NCBI GenBank assembly: GCA_044225505.1
Contig: JBGAIN010000006.1
Span: forward strand, 1-64,000
DNA: 64,000 nucleotides
Source: Limisphaerales bacterium
Lineage (GTDB): Bacteria; Verrucomicrobiota; Verrucomicrobiia; Limisphaerales; SIBE01
Direction of reading: 5' to 3'
In this document: one piece after another, positions 38,993-49,086 of the stretch
Position numbering within the stretch: position 1 is the stretch's first letter
Layout: every line of letters starts with the position of its first letter
Made by a program: the position numbers and the translations under genes
Notes under the pieces: generated by a model
Told to the model about the DNA's origin: nothing
Seen by the model: only the letters and a program-made list of their open reading frames with translations
The model's database searches: none

Positions 38993-40608
38993 TCCGTTAC
39001 TTCCGGGTCGCTGCCGTAGTCGGCGATAAGCTGGGCGCGGAACTGATCGCGTTCCACGGAGAGTGCCGCGCCTTCGCCGCCGCTGGTGGCCATACTGGCG
39101 TAATGTCTGATAAAGCCGCTGGATTTCTTAAAGGCTTCAAGCGCGCCGCGTTTGTCGCCGGCCTCCATGAGACGCAACATGCGGAGGCGATACATTTCGG
39201 CAGTCGAATAGGCGTAGCCAAGGTAGGGACAACCGTTGCGGATGTGCTCCTCCGCTGCGTTGAGTTTGTTTTCGGCTTCGAGCGCGAGGGCCTCATGCCA
39301 CCACCGAGGCTTGCCATCGGTTGGGCTTTCCATGGCGGAGGTGGATTCGCTCGATTGAAGCGTGGCTTCGGGTTCGTCCGTTTGCTGCGCGCAATCGAAC
39401 ACCAGACTCTCGAGGATCAGTTCGGCGAGATTGCAGGCGTCGGTGGCCTGGTCAGGCGTAGCGGTGACGCGGGCGCGAAGCACCATCGAGTCGTCGCGGA
39501 AAGGATAGAGCATATGATACTGCTCCAGCGGTTGACTCCCGTCGGCGATATTCCTCGCGCCCAGGGCCTGAATGCGGCCCTGCTGAGCGCGAACAAATTC
39601 GGGATGCGGATAAGCGCGGCGCATCTCGGCTTCGAGAACGTCCAGAATCGCCGCGTTGCCGCGCCCTTCGCGGGGGATGAGATTCAGATTGATCTGCACT
39701 TTGCCGCTCGGTTCGAAGATCAGCGTGCGTTTACCATCGTCGATCACGTGCCAGCCATAGGGGACATCGAACTGCGCCATGATCGAACCGGCCGCGAGCG
39801 TGGCGCGGCGGGCTTCTTCGCTAAGCCCAGCGATGTTTGGAATGAACCCGGCGCCGCGGTTGCGAAGGTTGACGTTGATCTCGTGGTCTTCATCGAGCGA
39901 AATGCTATCGTCGCTCAGCGCATAGTCGTACAGCTTGCACTTCTTAGGCGGCAAGTTCGCTGGGATCGGCATTTCGATGTCCTGAACCGGAATGAGCGGC
40001 TGACCGGCGTCGGAATCCCGCACGACATCGGTTTCGGCGCGCTCGGCAGAGTTCGATTCTAGCCACGGCTCGGGAATCTGCGCCGCGGGCGTGGCGTCCA
40101 CTTCGATCGGGAAGCGCGAGCCGCGTGGAGTTTCCAGCGTGAACGACCGGAGCATCGCGAACCACGCGTCGCGCACCGAGTCCGCAAACAGCTCGGGCGC
40201 GGTCAGCGTGAGATTGAGCAAACGGTTGCCGTCTTCGAGGAAAGCGAACCGGACGAGCATTGGGCCGAGATCAGACGGTTGCATCGCCTCGCCGGAAACC
40301 GCTGCGACACCCGCCACGGCGTCACGACCAACGGCACGCGGTTGGAGTTGATTGTGGTTCAGGTGAAACCAAGCCCAGTCGTGAAGTGTGCCGTCCTCAT
40401 GAGCCGGCCTGGCTGCGAAGGCGAAAACGACTGCGGCATGGGGCGCGGTGACAACCGCGAGCGGCACGAATTGGGTGGGATTCGAGAAGTCCACGTCCTC
40501 ATTCGGCAAGTCGTGGCGAATCCAGTCAGCGGGAAGTTGCGTGGTGAAACCAAGCTCGGCGATGCGGGCGGGAAAGGTGCTCAAGGCGAGTTTGAGATTG
40601 GCGTTCAT
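38989..40608 (-). CDS. Hypothetical protein, two PsbP/DcrB-like repeats plus helical C-terminal domain
   Basis: FTTQLPADW and AQFDVPYGW repeat starts; C-terminal ATSGGEGAALS. Confidence 0.65.
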   Translation of the reverse strand: MNANLKLALSTFPARIAELGFTTQLPADWIRHDLPNEDVDFSNPTQFVPLAVVTAPHAAVVFAFAARPAHEDGTLHDWAWFHLNHNQLQPRAVGRDAVAGVAAVSGEAMQPSDLGPMLVRFAFLEDGNRLLNLTLTAPELFADSVRDAWFAMLRSFTLETPRGSRFPIEVDATPAAQIPEPWLESNSAERAETDVVRDSDAGQPLIPVQDIEMPIPANLPPKKCKLYDYALSDDSISLDEDHEINVNLRNRGAGFIPNIAGLSEEARRATLAAGSIMAQFDVPYGWHVIDDGKRTLIFEPSGKVQINLNLIPREGRGNAAILDVLEAEMRRAYPHPEFVRAQQGRIQALGARNIADGSQPLEQYHMLYPFRDDSMVLRARVTATPDQATDACNLAELILESLVFDCAQQTDEPEATLQSSESTSAMESPTDGKPRWWHEALALEAENKLNAAEEHIRNGCPYLGYAYSTAEMYRLRMLRLMEAGDKRGALEAFKKSSGFIRHYASMATSGGEGAALSVERDQFRAQLIADYGSDPEVTE

Positions 40609-40626
40609 GAGCTGGTTGCGATGGAA

Positions 40627-41130
40627 TCAGGGAGTTTGCGGAGTGTAGCCCAGCCATAGAGTGTGTAATCCGAATGCGCACAGGGTGACAATGGCGAGCA
40701 TCAGGATGCGGCCCACGTTATGGAGCGAAAGCGCGAGGAGCAAAGCGGGAAGCATGACCAACGTGAGGAGGATGAACCCACTGATGCGCGCCCATGGCGC
40801 GTTCACGCTCAGGCCGCGCCCGGTAAACCAGCACGCTACGGCGAGCACAAGACCGACGGCGCCAACAATGGCCAGACCGTTGAAGAGGAGTTGTCCCACT
40901 GAACCGGCTATGCGTCCCAAGGCACCGAGAGTTTCGGTAATCCCCTTCAACATCAGCAGAATGGCATCTGGATTCTTCCCGAAGCTAGTGTCGGAAGACT
41001 CTCCGGCAGCGAGACGTAAGCGAATCGCATGGATGGCGTAGAGGACCAACAAGGTGAAGGACGGTGCGCCAAGGACCACGCCGACGGCGCTGAATGAAGT
41101 CGCGAGTGCTGGAATCGTGAGCGGGTTCAT
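40627..41130 (-). CDS. Hypothetical membrane protein
   Basis: 167 aa, four hydrophobic segments, in operon context. Confidence 0.7.
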   Translation of the reverse strand: MNPLTIPALATSFSAVGVVLGAPSFTLLVLYAIHAIRLRLAAGESSDTSFGKNPDAILLMLKGITETLGALGRIAGSVGQLLFNGLAIVGAVGLVLAVACWFTGRGLSVNAPWARISGFILLTLVMLPALLLALSLHNVGRILMLAIVTLCAFGLHTLWLGYTPQTP

Positions 41131-41139
41131 GGAGATAGA

Positions 41140-41283
41140 TTAGAAGGCGACCTGGGCCTTTGAGGTCACTTTCATCACGGCCTCCTGTTGAAAGCGAGTG
41201 CGGTAAGAGGCCCGGATGGCGTCGATCTGGGCGTCAGTGTCTTTCCCAGGCGCATGCAGCAGGACGAGGACGAAACGGGTCAT
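41140..41283 (-). pseudogene. C-terminal fragment of a DUF3574-like protein (47 aa; not in ORF track)
   Basis: MTRFVLVLLHAPGKDTDAQIDAIRASYRTRFQQEAVMKVTSKAQVAF resembles the DUF3574 C-terminal AIRxxYxxxFxQExV...VxF pattern. Confidence 0.6.
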
Positions 41284-41322
41284 GGTTCCGTGTGTGACGT
41301 CGGACGAGGTTAATCCCGAGAA

Positions 41323-41748
41323 TCAGCCTGGCCACGGAAACTTCGCCGACTTAGGAGCGTCGGCGCTGCCGTCAAATTTGCGGAGTTGGACGAACATTTC
41401 AATTTCGCTCGGTTGACCGTTGGCGACGTGAACGCGGAACTGGATGCAACGCGGGTCGCTGGCGCTCGGATCGAAGCTGTAGCCCCATTGAAACCAAGGC
41501 TTGCCTTGCGCGCCTGCCGAACGGGCGTTGCTGCGCATAGCGTCTGGCTCAAACACCGCGCCGGCGGTCTGGGACGACTTGATGCGCACCCGCCACCCAA
41601 AGCTGTCGGTTTCCTTGTAGGCGACAAAGGCGTAATCGCAATTGAGGACGGCGTCATAGGCATCCACGTAGGCGAGATGCTGATATTGCGCGCCGCCAGG
41701 GATGGAAGCAGGTGCCTCGAGGAGCTGAGGTTTTGTGGGGGAGCTCAT
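41323..41748 (-). CDS. Hypothetical protein
   Basis: 141-aa ORF, ATG start, globular aromatic-rich composition, first gene of the minus-strand run. Confidence 0.7.
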   Translation of the reverse strand: MSSPTKPQLLEAPASIPGGAQYQHLAYVDAYDAVLNCDYAFVAYKETDSFGWRVRIKSSQTAGAVFEPDAMRSNARSAGAQGKPWFQWGYSFDPSASDPRCIQFRVHVANGQPSEIEMFVQLRKFDGSADAPKSAKFPWPG

Positions 41749-42103
41749 GGTGTCAGTGTCGTTTTCTGGGGACGATTATCAGTGTTGGACGAGTGAGCGC
41801 ACGGGATGGATATCGCTCAGGGACGCGAACCCAGGTATCGAATTCCGAGGGAACCGCGTTGGAATCGAGCTCAGCCCGAGCAGGCTTGGCGGACTCATTA
41901 CGTTCGAACATCGAAACGTCAAAACATTACACAAGTTCGCGAGAATCGGTGTCTTTCCAGGTCTGGTGAACGGCACACGTTATCTAGAACCGGGGCGGCG
42001 GACGGCATCCGAACAAAGTCGGATGGAATCCACGGGAAGCGGGATCGAAACTCGAACCGCGAAATCTACATGGATCCGCTTTTAGCCCACAGAACTCGGT
42101 ATT

Positions 42104-42132
42104 TATATACTACGGCCGGTTCGATGATTCAA
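42104..42132 (-). promoter_or_regulatory. Possible sigma-70 promoter TTGAAT-N17-TATATA
   Basis: Minus strand ttgaat catcgaaccggccgtag tatata in an AT-rich patch, pointing to the 34.7-41.7 kb operon. Confidence 0.4.
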
Positions 42133-42253
42133 CGCAAAATGTTAGATTTTCCCAGGCCAATGGCCGCATTCCAGGATCCTAGCGACGTTGGTCCATCACG
42201 GATGTCCGCGCGTTCGCGCATCACCCATACGCGCATCGATTCGTGCTGCGCGC

Positions 42254-43609
42254 TCAGAGATTCCCGGGCTCCGGATGCTTCCAAGAACCGCGGTAAGGGC
42301 GAATCAGGCGACGATTCGCTTCCTCATCGCCAAGAATTTTTCCGGCCTCAGCGTCCCAGCGCAAGCTGCGGCCAAGCTCCATGGAAAGATTGGCCATGAT
42401 GCAGCAAGCGGTCGAGATATGGCCTTCCTCGATATCCGCCACCGGCCGTTCCCCAGTTTTGCGCGCCTGGACAAAGTTCAAGAGGTTTCGCCGATTGGCC
42501 GGCGCAGCGAAGAGCTCCGTCTCTTTATGTTGCACGTCCTCGGGGTACTTTTCTCGCTCCTCCACCGCTTTCACCCGGACGGGTGAACCGCCGTCTTTCG
42601 GGATGTAGTCGTACTGCCAAACGCTCAACTTAAGTGTTCCTTTGTCCCCGTAGTAGGTAACGCCCCAGGGGTAGTCCGGTTCGGGATTTCGCCCCCAGTT
42701 GCGCTGGGTCCACCAAACCTGGACATCGCCATAGTCGAACAGCGCCGTTTGCGTGTCGTGGACATTCACGTTGGACTTGGGATCGCGCATTAGGATTCCG
42801 CCGGTGGCGGCGATGCTTTTGGGCCAGCGCAGATCGAGGAACATACGCGTGACATCGAAGAGGTGGACGCACAAATCTCCAGTCTGGCCGTTGCTAAACT
42901 CTCGGCAATCCCTCCATCGTCGCGGATGAATCCCCGCGCTATAATCCCGCCACGCCGCTGGGCCAACGTACATCTCCCAGTCCATCCCATCGGGTGGCGC
43001 GCTCGGTGCCGGAAAACCTCGGCCGCTTCCGTAATAGCTGTGAATATCCACAGACGCGATCTTGCCCAGTTTCCCACTGCGAATGTACTGATCGCGCGCT
43101 TCCAGAATGTGCGGAGTGCTGCGACGTTCCAAACCCACCTGCACGGTCCTCTTGTATTTGCGCGCGGCGGCGACCATGGCTTGACCTTCCACGACATCGT
43201 AGCTGATGGGCTTTTGCACATAGACATCCGCGCCCGCTTTGCAGGCATCGATGGTCGGCAGGCAATGCCAATGATCCGGAGTGCCAACGAGGACAACTTC
43301 GGGACTTTGTTCCGCCAGCAACTTTCGATAATCGCCGTACAGTGCCGGCCTCTTTTTCGAAGGTTGCCGAGCGGCCACAAGATCCGCCGCAGCCTCGAGC
43401 GTCTGCCTCTCCACGTCACAAAGGCCGACCACTTCAACGGGCGCGACTTGGATGAGGTGGAATAAATCGGTCTTGCCGTACCAGCCGCAACCAATGAGGG
43501 CGACGCGCAAAGGCTTGCCCTCTTCAGCTCCAAACGCGAATTTATGCGCCGCTACGGTAAACCCGGCCAGGCTGGCCCCGCTCGTTTTCAGAAAGCTCCG
43601 TCGATTCAT
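42254..43609 (-). CDS. Tat-exported Gfo/Idh/MocA oxidoreductase
   Basis: MNRRSFLK twin-arginine signal; ALIGCGWYG; GTPDHWH; DVYVQKP. Confidence 0.92.
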   Translation of the reverse strand: MNRRSFLKTSGASLAGFTVAAHKFAFGAEEGKPLRVALIGCGWYGKTDLFHLIQVAPVEVVGLCDVERQTLEAAADLVAARQPSKKRPALYGDYRKLLAEQSPEVVLVGTPDHWHCLPTIDACKAGADVYVQKPISYDVVEGQAMVAAARKYKRTVQVGLERRSTPHILEARDQYIRSGKLGKIASVDIHSYYGSGRGFPAPSAPPDGMDWEMYVGPAAWRDYSAGIHPRRWRDCREFSNGQTGDLCVHLFDVTRMFLDLRWPKSIAATGGILMRDPKSNVNVHDTQTALFDYGDVQVWWTQRNWGRNPEPDYPWGVTYYGDKGTLKLSVWQYDYIPKDGGSPVRVKAVEEREKYPEDVQHKETELFAAPANRRNLLNFVQARKTGERPVADIEEGHISTACCIMANLSMELGRSLRWDAEAGKILGDEEANRRLIRPYRGSWKHPEPGNL

Positions 43610-44116
43610 AGGAATGTTTCCTTGAGATGTTTTCCTATCATTGCGTCCGGAAACCTGCGGAGGCAAAGGAAAAGATCGCGGCCCTGGCCGATTGGACCGC
43701 TGATCCAAAGGTGGGTTGATTTGGGACGTGCGCCGTTGCGCCTGCCAGGGGCAGCTCTCCACAAGGGAGCGGAGCATCTTCCTTGGGGCGCTCCTCGCCA
43801 CGGTGGCGGCGATCCCTTGTCGCCTTTGCGATAAATCCTCGGATTAGCGATCAAACCATGCTTTGACAACCCTGGACGAACCGGCGCCAGCGGCCCGCAC
43901 TGGGTTGATAGTTTTGGATTGAGCGGTGCACCGTGGATGAACTCCTCGCCGGGGTACGGGGCAGGGCCGCAATTATCTGATCACCCGAAGCGACTTTAAG
44001 GGGTGACGCTGAGGGCTTTCTGCTGGTGAGGCTCAAAATAATTTCGGGGTTCCGTTGGGGTTCCCAGTCTCGCAACGGCTGCTATTGTGGGAGCAATCAA
44101 CAGAGGATACCAAATC

Positions 44117-44389
44117 ATGAAGAAAAAGGATAAACTGGACGAACTCGCGCAACTCAGCCAAGAACTGCATGTTGTTCGACAACAGTCGCTGGCTGCGTCG
44201 CGCCGAGGCGAGTTTCGCGTTGTTGCCAAACTCACAGCGGAAGCGGCGCGGTTGAACCGGCTCATTCTTGCGGCCGAAGGGGCTCAGGTGCCTGTTTTAA
44301 TCGATCTCGGAGACAAGCTTTTCACGAGCGATGGGGGCGATGTTTTCTCGCTTGCCCAGGCGCAAGAGCCCGAGCTCGCTGTGGCGTGA
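44117..44389 (+). CDS. Small helical hypothetical protein
   Basis: 90 aa, gagg RBS upstream, helical QSLAASRRGEFRVVAKLTAEAARLN. Confidence 0.65.
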   Translation: MKKKDKLDELAQLSQELHVVRQQSLAASRRGEFRVVAKLTAEAARLNRLILAAEGAQVPVLIDLGDKLFTSDGGDVFSLAQAQEPELAVA

Positions 44390-44391
44390 GG

Positions 44392-44476
44392 AAAAAAAGA
44401 AAAGGGTTCGGGCGTCACCAGTTCCCGTAGGCTTTGGGTGAGGGACCCATTGAAGACTAACAACGCGCCCGAACCT
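44392..44476 (-). terminator. Long stem-loop plus U tract on minus strand (terminator or small RNA 3' end)
   Basis: GGUUCGGGCG/CGCCCGAACC stem extended by GUUGUUAGU/ACUGGUGAC (four G-U pairs), then UUUUCUUUUUUU. Confidence 0.6.
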
Positions 44477-44546
44477 TGGTTGTAGCATGCATGAGGACAG
44501 AAATCCTGGCTCTCCATGTCTTGTCTAATTCTTGCCCGTTCTTGTC

Positions 44547-45746
44547 TCAGCAAAAGCACCGTAGCACCCGACAAAGGCGCTCAATTCCAATTTTGATGGT
44601 CGCCGGATCCGCTTGGCTGAAGTTCAAACGCAGCGTCGATCGGCCCTGTCCATCGAGGTGAAACTCCTCTCCTGGCACGAAGGCAACTTGCTGAGACAAT
44701 GCCTGAGTCAGCAGCGCGCGGGCATCGCATTGTTTCGGCAGCTTAACCATCAAAAACATGCCTCCCTCCGGACGGGTCCAACTCACGCCGGGAGGTGCGA
44801 GCGATTCCAACGCTTGCAGCATGGCGTCGCGCCGCGTGCGGTAAGCCTCTCGCAGCAAAGGAATTTGAGTTTCGAGCACTCCGTCCTGTAAGAGTTCCCA
44901 GACTAAGGCCTGACTCCAGGTGCTGGTATGTAGATCTCCGGCCTGCTTAGCCTGCACGATCTTGTCGATGACCCCTTCTGGCGCGATCACCCATCCGACA
45001 CGCAGACCCGGCATCAGCACTTTCGAGAAGGTCCCTACATAGAGCACTTGTCCGACTCCCTGTCCGGATCCGGCCTGCGCCAGAGCCAGCAACGAAGGCA
45101 AGGCTTCGCCTTCATAGCGTAATTCGCCGTAAGGATCATCCTCGACAATCGCCATGTCGCGGTTTTGTAGAAGTCGGAGGAGCTCCACGCGCCGATCTGC
45201 CGAGAGCGTCGTGCCCTGGGGGTTTTGGAAGTTGGGAATGGTGTAAACGAGCTTGGGCGAGTGAACCAGGGCTTCGCGAAGAGAGTCGAGACGCATGCCC
45301 TGGGCGTCGCAGACGATGGGCCGAAAAGACGCTCCCCAAGACCGCCAGGACGCTAGCAAAGCCAGGTAGGTTGGATTCTCCACCGCGACTGTGTCGCCCG
45401 GGTTGAGGAGCACACGGCCGATCAGATCCAGCCCTTGCTGGCCGCCGTTCACGATGGCGACCTGCTCGCGCGTCACTCGCGCTGATGCGGTGGAGTAGCG
45501 GTTGGCGATCCAATCCCGCAGCTCTGGCAGCCCTTCGGTGGAGCTGTATTGCAGTGCTTGGCCCCTCGGACGTTTAAGTAATGACCGAGTCGCGCCGCGC
45601 AGCGAATCCAACGGAAATAGCTCCGCGGCCGGCAGGCCGCCGGCAAAGGATATCATTCCGGGCTGTTCGGTCAGCTTAAGCAATTCGCGGACGGCCGACC
45701 GGCCCATGGTCGCGGTGCGTGCGGCAAACAGTAGGTTCCAATCCAT
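44547..45746 (-). CDS. PLP-dependent class I/II aminotransferase (LysN/Aro8-like)
   Basis: ISFAGGLP, FQNPQG, EDDPYGEL, GTFSKVLMPGLRVGW. Confidence 0.9.
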   Translation of the reverse strand: MDWNLLFAARTATMGRSAVRELLKLTEQPGMISFAGGLPAAELFPLDSLRGATRSLLKRPRGQALQYSSTEGLPELRDWIANRYSTASARVTREQVAIVNGGQQGLDLIGRVLLNPGDTVAVENPTYLALLASWRSWGASFRPIVCDAQGMRLDSLREALVHSPKLVYTIPNFQNPQGTTLSADRRVELLRLLQNRDMAIVEDDPYGELRYEGEALPSLLALAQAGSGQGVGQVLYVGTFSKVLMPGLRVGWVIAPEGVIDKIVQAKQAGDLHTSTWSQALVWELLQDGVLETQIPLLREAYRTRRDAMLQALESLAPPGVSWTRPEGGMFLMVKLPKQCDARALLTQALSQQVAFVPGEEFHLDGQGRSTLRLNFSQADPATIKIGIERLCRVLRCFC

Positions 45747-45803
45747 ACTCCCAGAGAAGCAGGTTCGCCCGAAACGGACTAATACTTCTTTGTTCGCTGA
45801 GTC

Positions 45804-45818
45804 ATAACTTTTCGGTAT
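45804..45818. promoter_or_regulatory. LysR-type box ATA-N9-TAT (T-N11-A)
   Basis: ataacttttcggtat between divergent aminotransferase and LysR genes. Confidence 0.55.
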
Positions 45819-45829
45819 CGTCGCGGCCA

Positions 45830-46729
45830 ATGGAACTCCGCCAATTACGTTATTTTGTGGCGGTCGCGCAGCATCTCAGTTTTACGAAAGCGGCGCGGGC
45901 GCTGCGTGTCGCTCAACCCGCCTTGAGCCGACAGATTCGCCAACTTGAAGACGAGATCAAAGTGCGACTGCTGGAACGGAATCGGCGCCAGACCCAGCTG
46001 ACCCCAGGTGGGCGGGTCTTCCTGGCCGAGGCGTGCGCCCTACTTGAGCAAGCTCAACGGGCCGTCCATGCCGCTCAACAGAGTGATCGCCTGGCCGACT
46101 CGCAACTGACGGTTGGTTACGTGTGGGGCTTGTTTCACGCGTTAGCTCCCAGCGCGATCAGTCGACTGCGCCAGCTTCTCCCAGAAGTGCGGGTTCACCT
46201 CTTGGACATGACCGCGGCAGAACAGGCGGAAGGGTTGGCGGAAGGGCAGCTCGATGCCGGCTTTATCGGCTTCGCGCACGAGGCAGCGGCGCGGGGATTG
46301 GCTATGCGTCAGGTGGGTGCGTGCGACTTTATGGCCGTCCTGCCGGAACGGCACCCACTTCGGAGGCGATCCCGAGTATCATTGAAAGCGTTGGCTTCGG
46401 AACGATTTGTCATGATTTCGGATCGGTCGTATCCAGGAACTTCCCGAATCATTCATGCGGCCTGCAACCAGGCTGGGTTCGAACCCCGCATTTTGCAGCA
46501 GGCTGAACGAGGTTACACAATCCTTGGGATTGTGGCTGGGCATGGCGGTGTGGCGATTCTTCCGGAGCCGTTGCGTGCACTGCCCCATAGTGGAGTGATA
46601 TTTCGCCCCTTGGACGAGCCGGTAAGCGGCGAGCTCTTTATTGCGTGGCATGCGGCGCGGCGGCGTCCCGCGCGGGACACACTCCTGACCCTGTTCGCGG
46701 AAGCTGCGACGTCGAGAACCGATGGCTGA
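45830..46729 (+). CDS. LysR family transcriptional regulator
   Basis: MELRQLRYFVAVA...FTKAA..L.VAQPALSRQIRQLE. Confidence 0.95.
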   Translation: MELRQLRYFVAVAQHLSFTKAARALRVAQPALSRQIRQLEDEIKVRLLERNRRQTQLTPGGRVFLAEACALLEQAQRAVHAAQQSDRLADSQLTVGYVWGLFHALAPSAISRLRQLLPEVRVHLLDMTAAEQAEGLAEGQLDAGFIGFAHEAAARGLAMRQVGACDFMAVLPERHPLRRRSRVSLKALASERFVMISDRSYPGTSRIIHAACNQAGFEPRILQQAERGYTILGIVAGHGGVAILPEPLRALPHSGVIFRPLDEPVSGELFIAWHAARRRPARDTLLTLFAEAATSRTDG

Positions 46730-46772
46730 GGACCAGGATCCGTGACTTAGAACTGGCTCGAAAACACCTCGA

Positions 46773-48021
46773 TCAGCCGATCAGGCGGCCGTAGCCAAAC
46801 AAGCCTCGTTCCTTGATCAGTTGGGCGACTTGAGACGGCACCATCTTTTCCCACTGCGGATCGGCTCCGCGGATTCGAGCCAGGACGTCTTTCGAGAAGA
46901 TGTGCAAGAAATCCCGTTGGTATCCGGCAATTTCCTCGATGGAGCGGTTTTCCAAGAGGTAAGCGTAGAGCTTCCGGAGATGAGGGGCTACGATCAAATT
47001 GCCAGCCGTGGTGATCGAACCGTCCGCAGGTTCCAGGTAGGGATAGACGTACAGTTTAAGGGCTTTCTTAAACAAACGTCCAAAAGACTCGAGAATGCCG
47101 CCGTCCAGGTCGGTATAGTACTTCTCGTCAAATAATTCCCGGAGCGTTGGCACACCCATCACGATGCCGATGTTCTTTTTGGTGGAACGAAAGAGATACG
47201 CCGCAAGCCGATAGTACTCCCCGTAGTTCGAGATGAGCACATGCTTCCCTAACGCATTGAGCAGATCCGCCCGGTCCAGAAAGTCTTGTGGATCGATCCC
47301 CCCCTCGGTGACCAGATTGTTCATGGTCATCTCGGTTAAAACAACAATCTCCTCACCCCGCACATTCGGCTCTTGTCCAAACTGCGCCTCGGCGCATCGA
47401 AGCATATCGACCGTGACGTGGGTCACAGGTCGGAAGGTGCCCCGCTCGACGAGGATCGGCTTGGCGAAGAGAACCTCGGCCGCTTGGACCACCTCGCCCG
47501 TGGCCGTGAACATGGCAGAATTCGCCAGGCGCTGTTGGACGAGCTCGAGGGCCATGAGGCGGTTGCTGCTGGATGTTCTCGCGATCGAGCATCCGTAAGT
47601 GGATCCAAATATCGCTCGGGTCGGCTTGCGGCTGGGCCTGGAAGCGAATGCCCATCCAACCGTGCGATTCGTCCCGTTGCTTGAAACTCCGGGCCGTCAC
47701 GGTATTGGCAAAGGCGAAAAACTTTGTCGTCGAGCCCCGCTTCTGATTGAGCCGTTCGACCAGGAGCTTGTATTCGTGGTCGAGCATTGCCGTCAACCGC
47801 CGCCGACTTACATACCGGTCAGTTGGTCCATAGATCGCATCGCTCACCACCATGTCGTAGGCGGAAATGGATTTGGCGATCGTTCCCGCCGCTGCACCCA
47901 CCCGAAAGAACCAGCGCGCGACCTCTTGCCCAGCGCCGATTTCTGCAAACGTTCCGTACTTCGTCTTGTCCCGGTTGATGTGCAGTGCCTTATGATGGGT
48001 ATCCAAAGGCCGTTCAGTCAT
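46773..48021 (-). pseudogene. Conserved nucleotidyltransferase-like protein (YGTFAEIGAGQEV family) broken by deletion/frameshift at ~47563
   Basis: N-half ends MLDRENIQQQ then shifts frame into NRLMALELV; both halves recognisably one family. Confidence 0.75.
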
Positions 48022-48131
48022 TCCCTGAGACTGAACAAAGCGCAGGTCCGGAGGAAGTGCAAAATGCGTGAGCAGACGAGCGGCTTGTGAATTTGCTCGC
48101 TCGGTCCTTGAACTGAAATATACTGCGGATT

Positions 48132-48611
48132 ATGAATCATGTTGGCATCGGCTATGATGTCCATCGCCTGGTCGAGGGTCGCAAGCTCGTTCTGGGAGGC
48201 GTCGAAATCCCTCATCCTAAAGGCTTGGAAGGGCACTCGGATGCGGACGTGCTGATGCATGCCATCTGCGATGCGCTGCTGGGAGCGATGGGAGAACCGG
48301 ATATCGGGCATTATTTCCCCAACACCGATCCTCGGTGGCACGGAGCACCGAGCAAGACCTTCTTGCAGGAAGCAGCTCGGCAGGTCACTTTTCATGAAGG
48401 AAAGATCATCAATATCGATGCCACGGTCATTGCCCAACAACCCAAAATCTCCCCGCACATTCTGGCGATGAAACGAAACATCGCCGCCGCGCTTAACATC
48501 AACCTGAAGTACGTCGGTGTGAAAGCGACGACGAATGAGCATTTAGGCTTTTTGGGACGCGAAGAGGGGATTGCAGCGATGGCCGTGGCGAGCGTCGAGC
48601 TACCCAATTGA
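48132..48611 (+). CDS. ispF: 2-C-methyl-D-erythritol 2,4-cyclodiphosphate synthase
   Basis: [41 protein letters not shown]. Confidence 0.97.
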   Translation: MNHVGIGYDVHRLVEGRKLVLGGVEIPHPKGLEGHSDADVLMHAICDALLGAMGEPDIGHYFPNTDPRWHGAPSKTFLQEAARQVTFHEGKIINIDATVIAQQPKISPHILAMKRNIAAALNINLKYVGVKATTNEHLGFLGREEGIAAMAVASVELPN

Positions 48612-48614
48612 CGC

Positions 48615-48884
48615 ATGGGCCGCGGCGAGATCAGCTGGAAAGAGCGCACTCCTGAGGGTGATAAGCGGGAGATCTATGCGCATCGGGAAAGAGACCAATG
48701 GTGCTTCTTTGCGCGCGAAAAGCGCTACGATCAGTGGCAAGCTCTCAAAGAGCCTTCGTTGGACGACTGGTTGACCCTCCTCGATGGCGTTCAAAGGCGC
48801 ATTGCCCGTCGCTTGATGCGTCCGGAAGAAGAAGGGCGCGTGAAGAAAGTCATCAACGAACTGTTTCCGGGAACTCCCCTGTGA
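48615..48884 (+). CDS. Hypothetical protein
   Basis: 89 aa, ATG 3 nt after ispF stop. Confidence 0.75.
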   Translation: MGRGEISWKERTPEGDKREIYAHRERDQWCFFAREKRYDQWQALKEPSLDDWLTLLDGVQRRIARRLMRPEEEGRVKKVINELFPGTPL

Positions 48885-49086
48885 GCGATGTGAGAGGTTA
48901 AGGACGCGGTTCTCGGGCGCGCGAGGGCAGCAGGTCCTGTGCAATTAGGCTTGGCGGACCGGCACCTATTGCCGTATGTAATAGCCGCGCGATTTCTTCC
49001 CGGAGGCTAGTTCCTGCGGGAACGAGAGTTATTTTCGGGGATTTGGGAATTTGAGCTGGCCGTGGCCAGCGCAGAAATTTGTCGAT

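Noticed and set aside
34710..41748. Integron cassette array
   Set aside because: Genes abut or overlap with no room for attC sites; no integrase seen
42003..42015. 13-mer cggcatccgaaca shared with the hairpin at 16453
   Set aside because: Tens of chance 13-mer matches are expected in 64 kb; flanks do not align
41735..42399. + strand ORFs of 116 and 197 aa in the gap
   Set aside because: No RBS or motifs, atypical composition, overlap real genes on the other strand
48950..48975. Sigma-54 promoter upstream of the NtrC-type gene (ggcacctattgc)
   Set aside because: GG-to-GC spacing is 8, not the required 10
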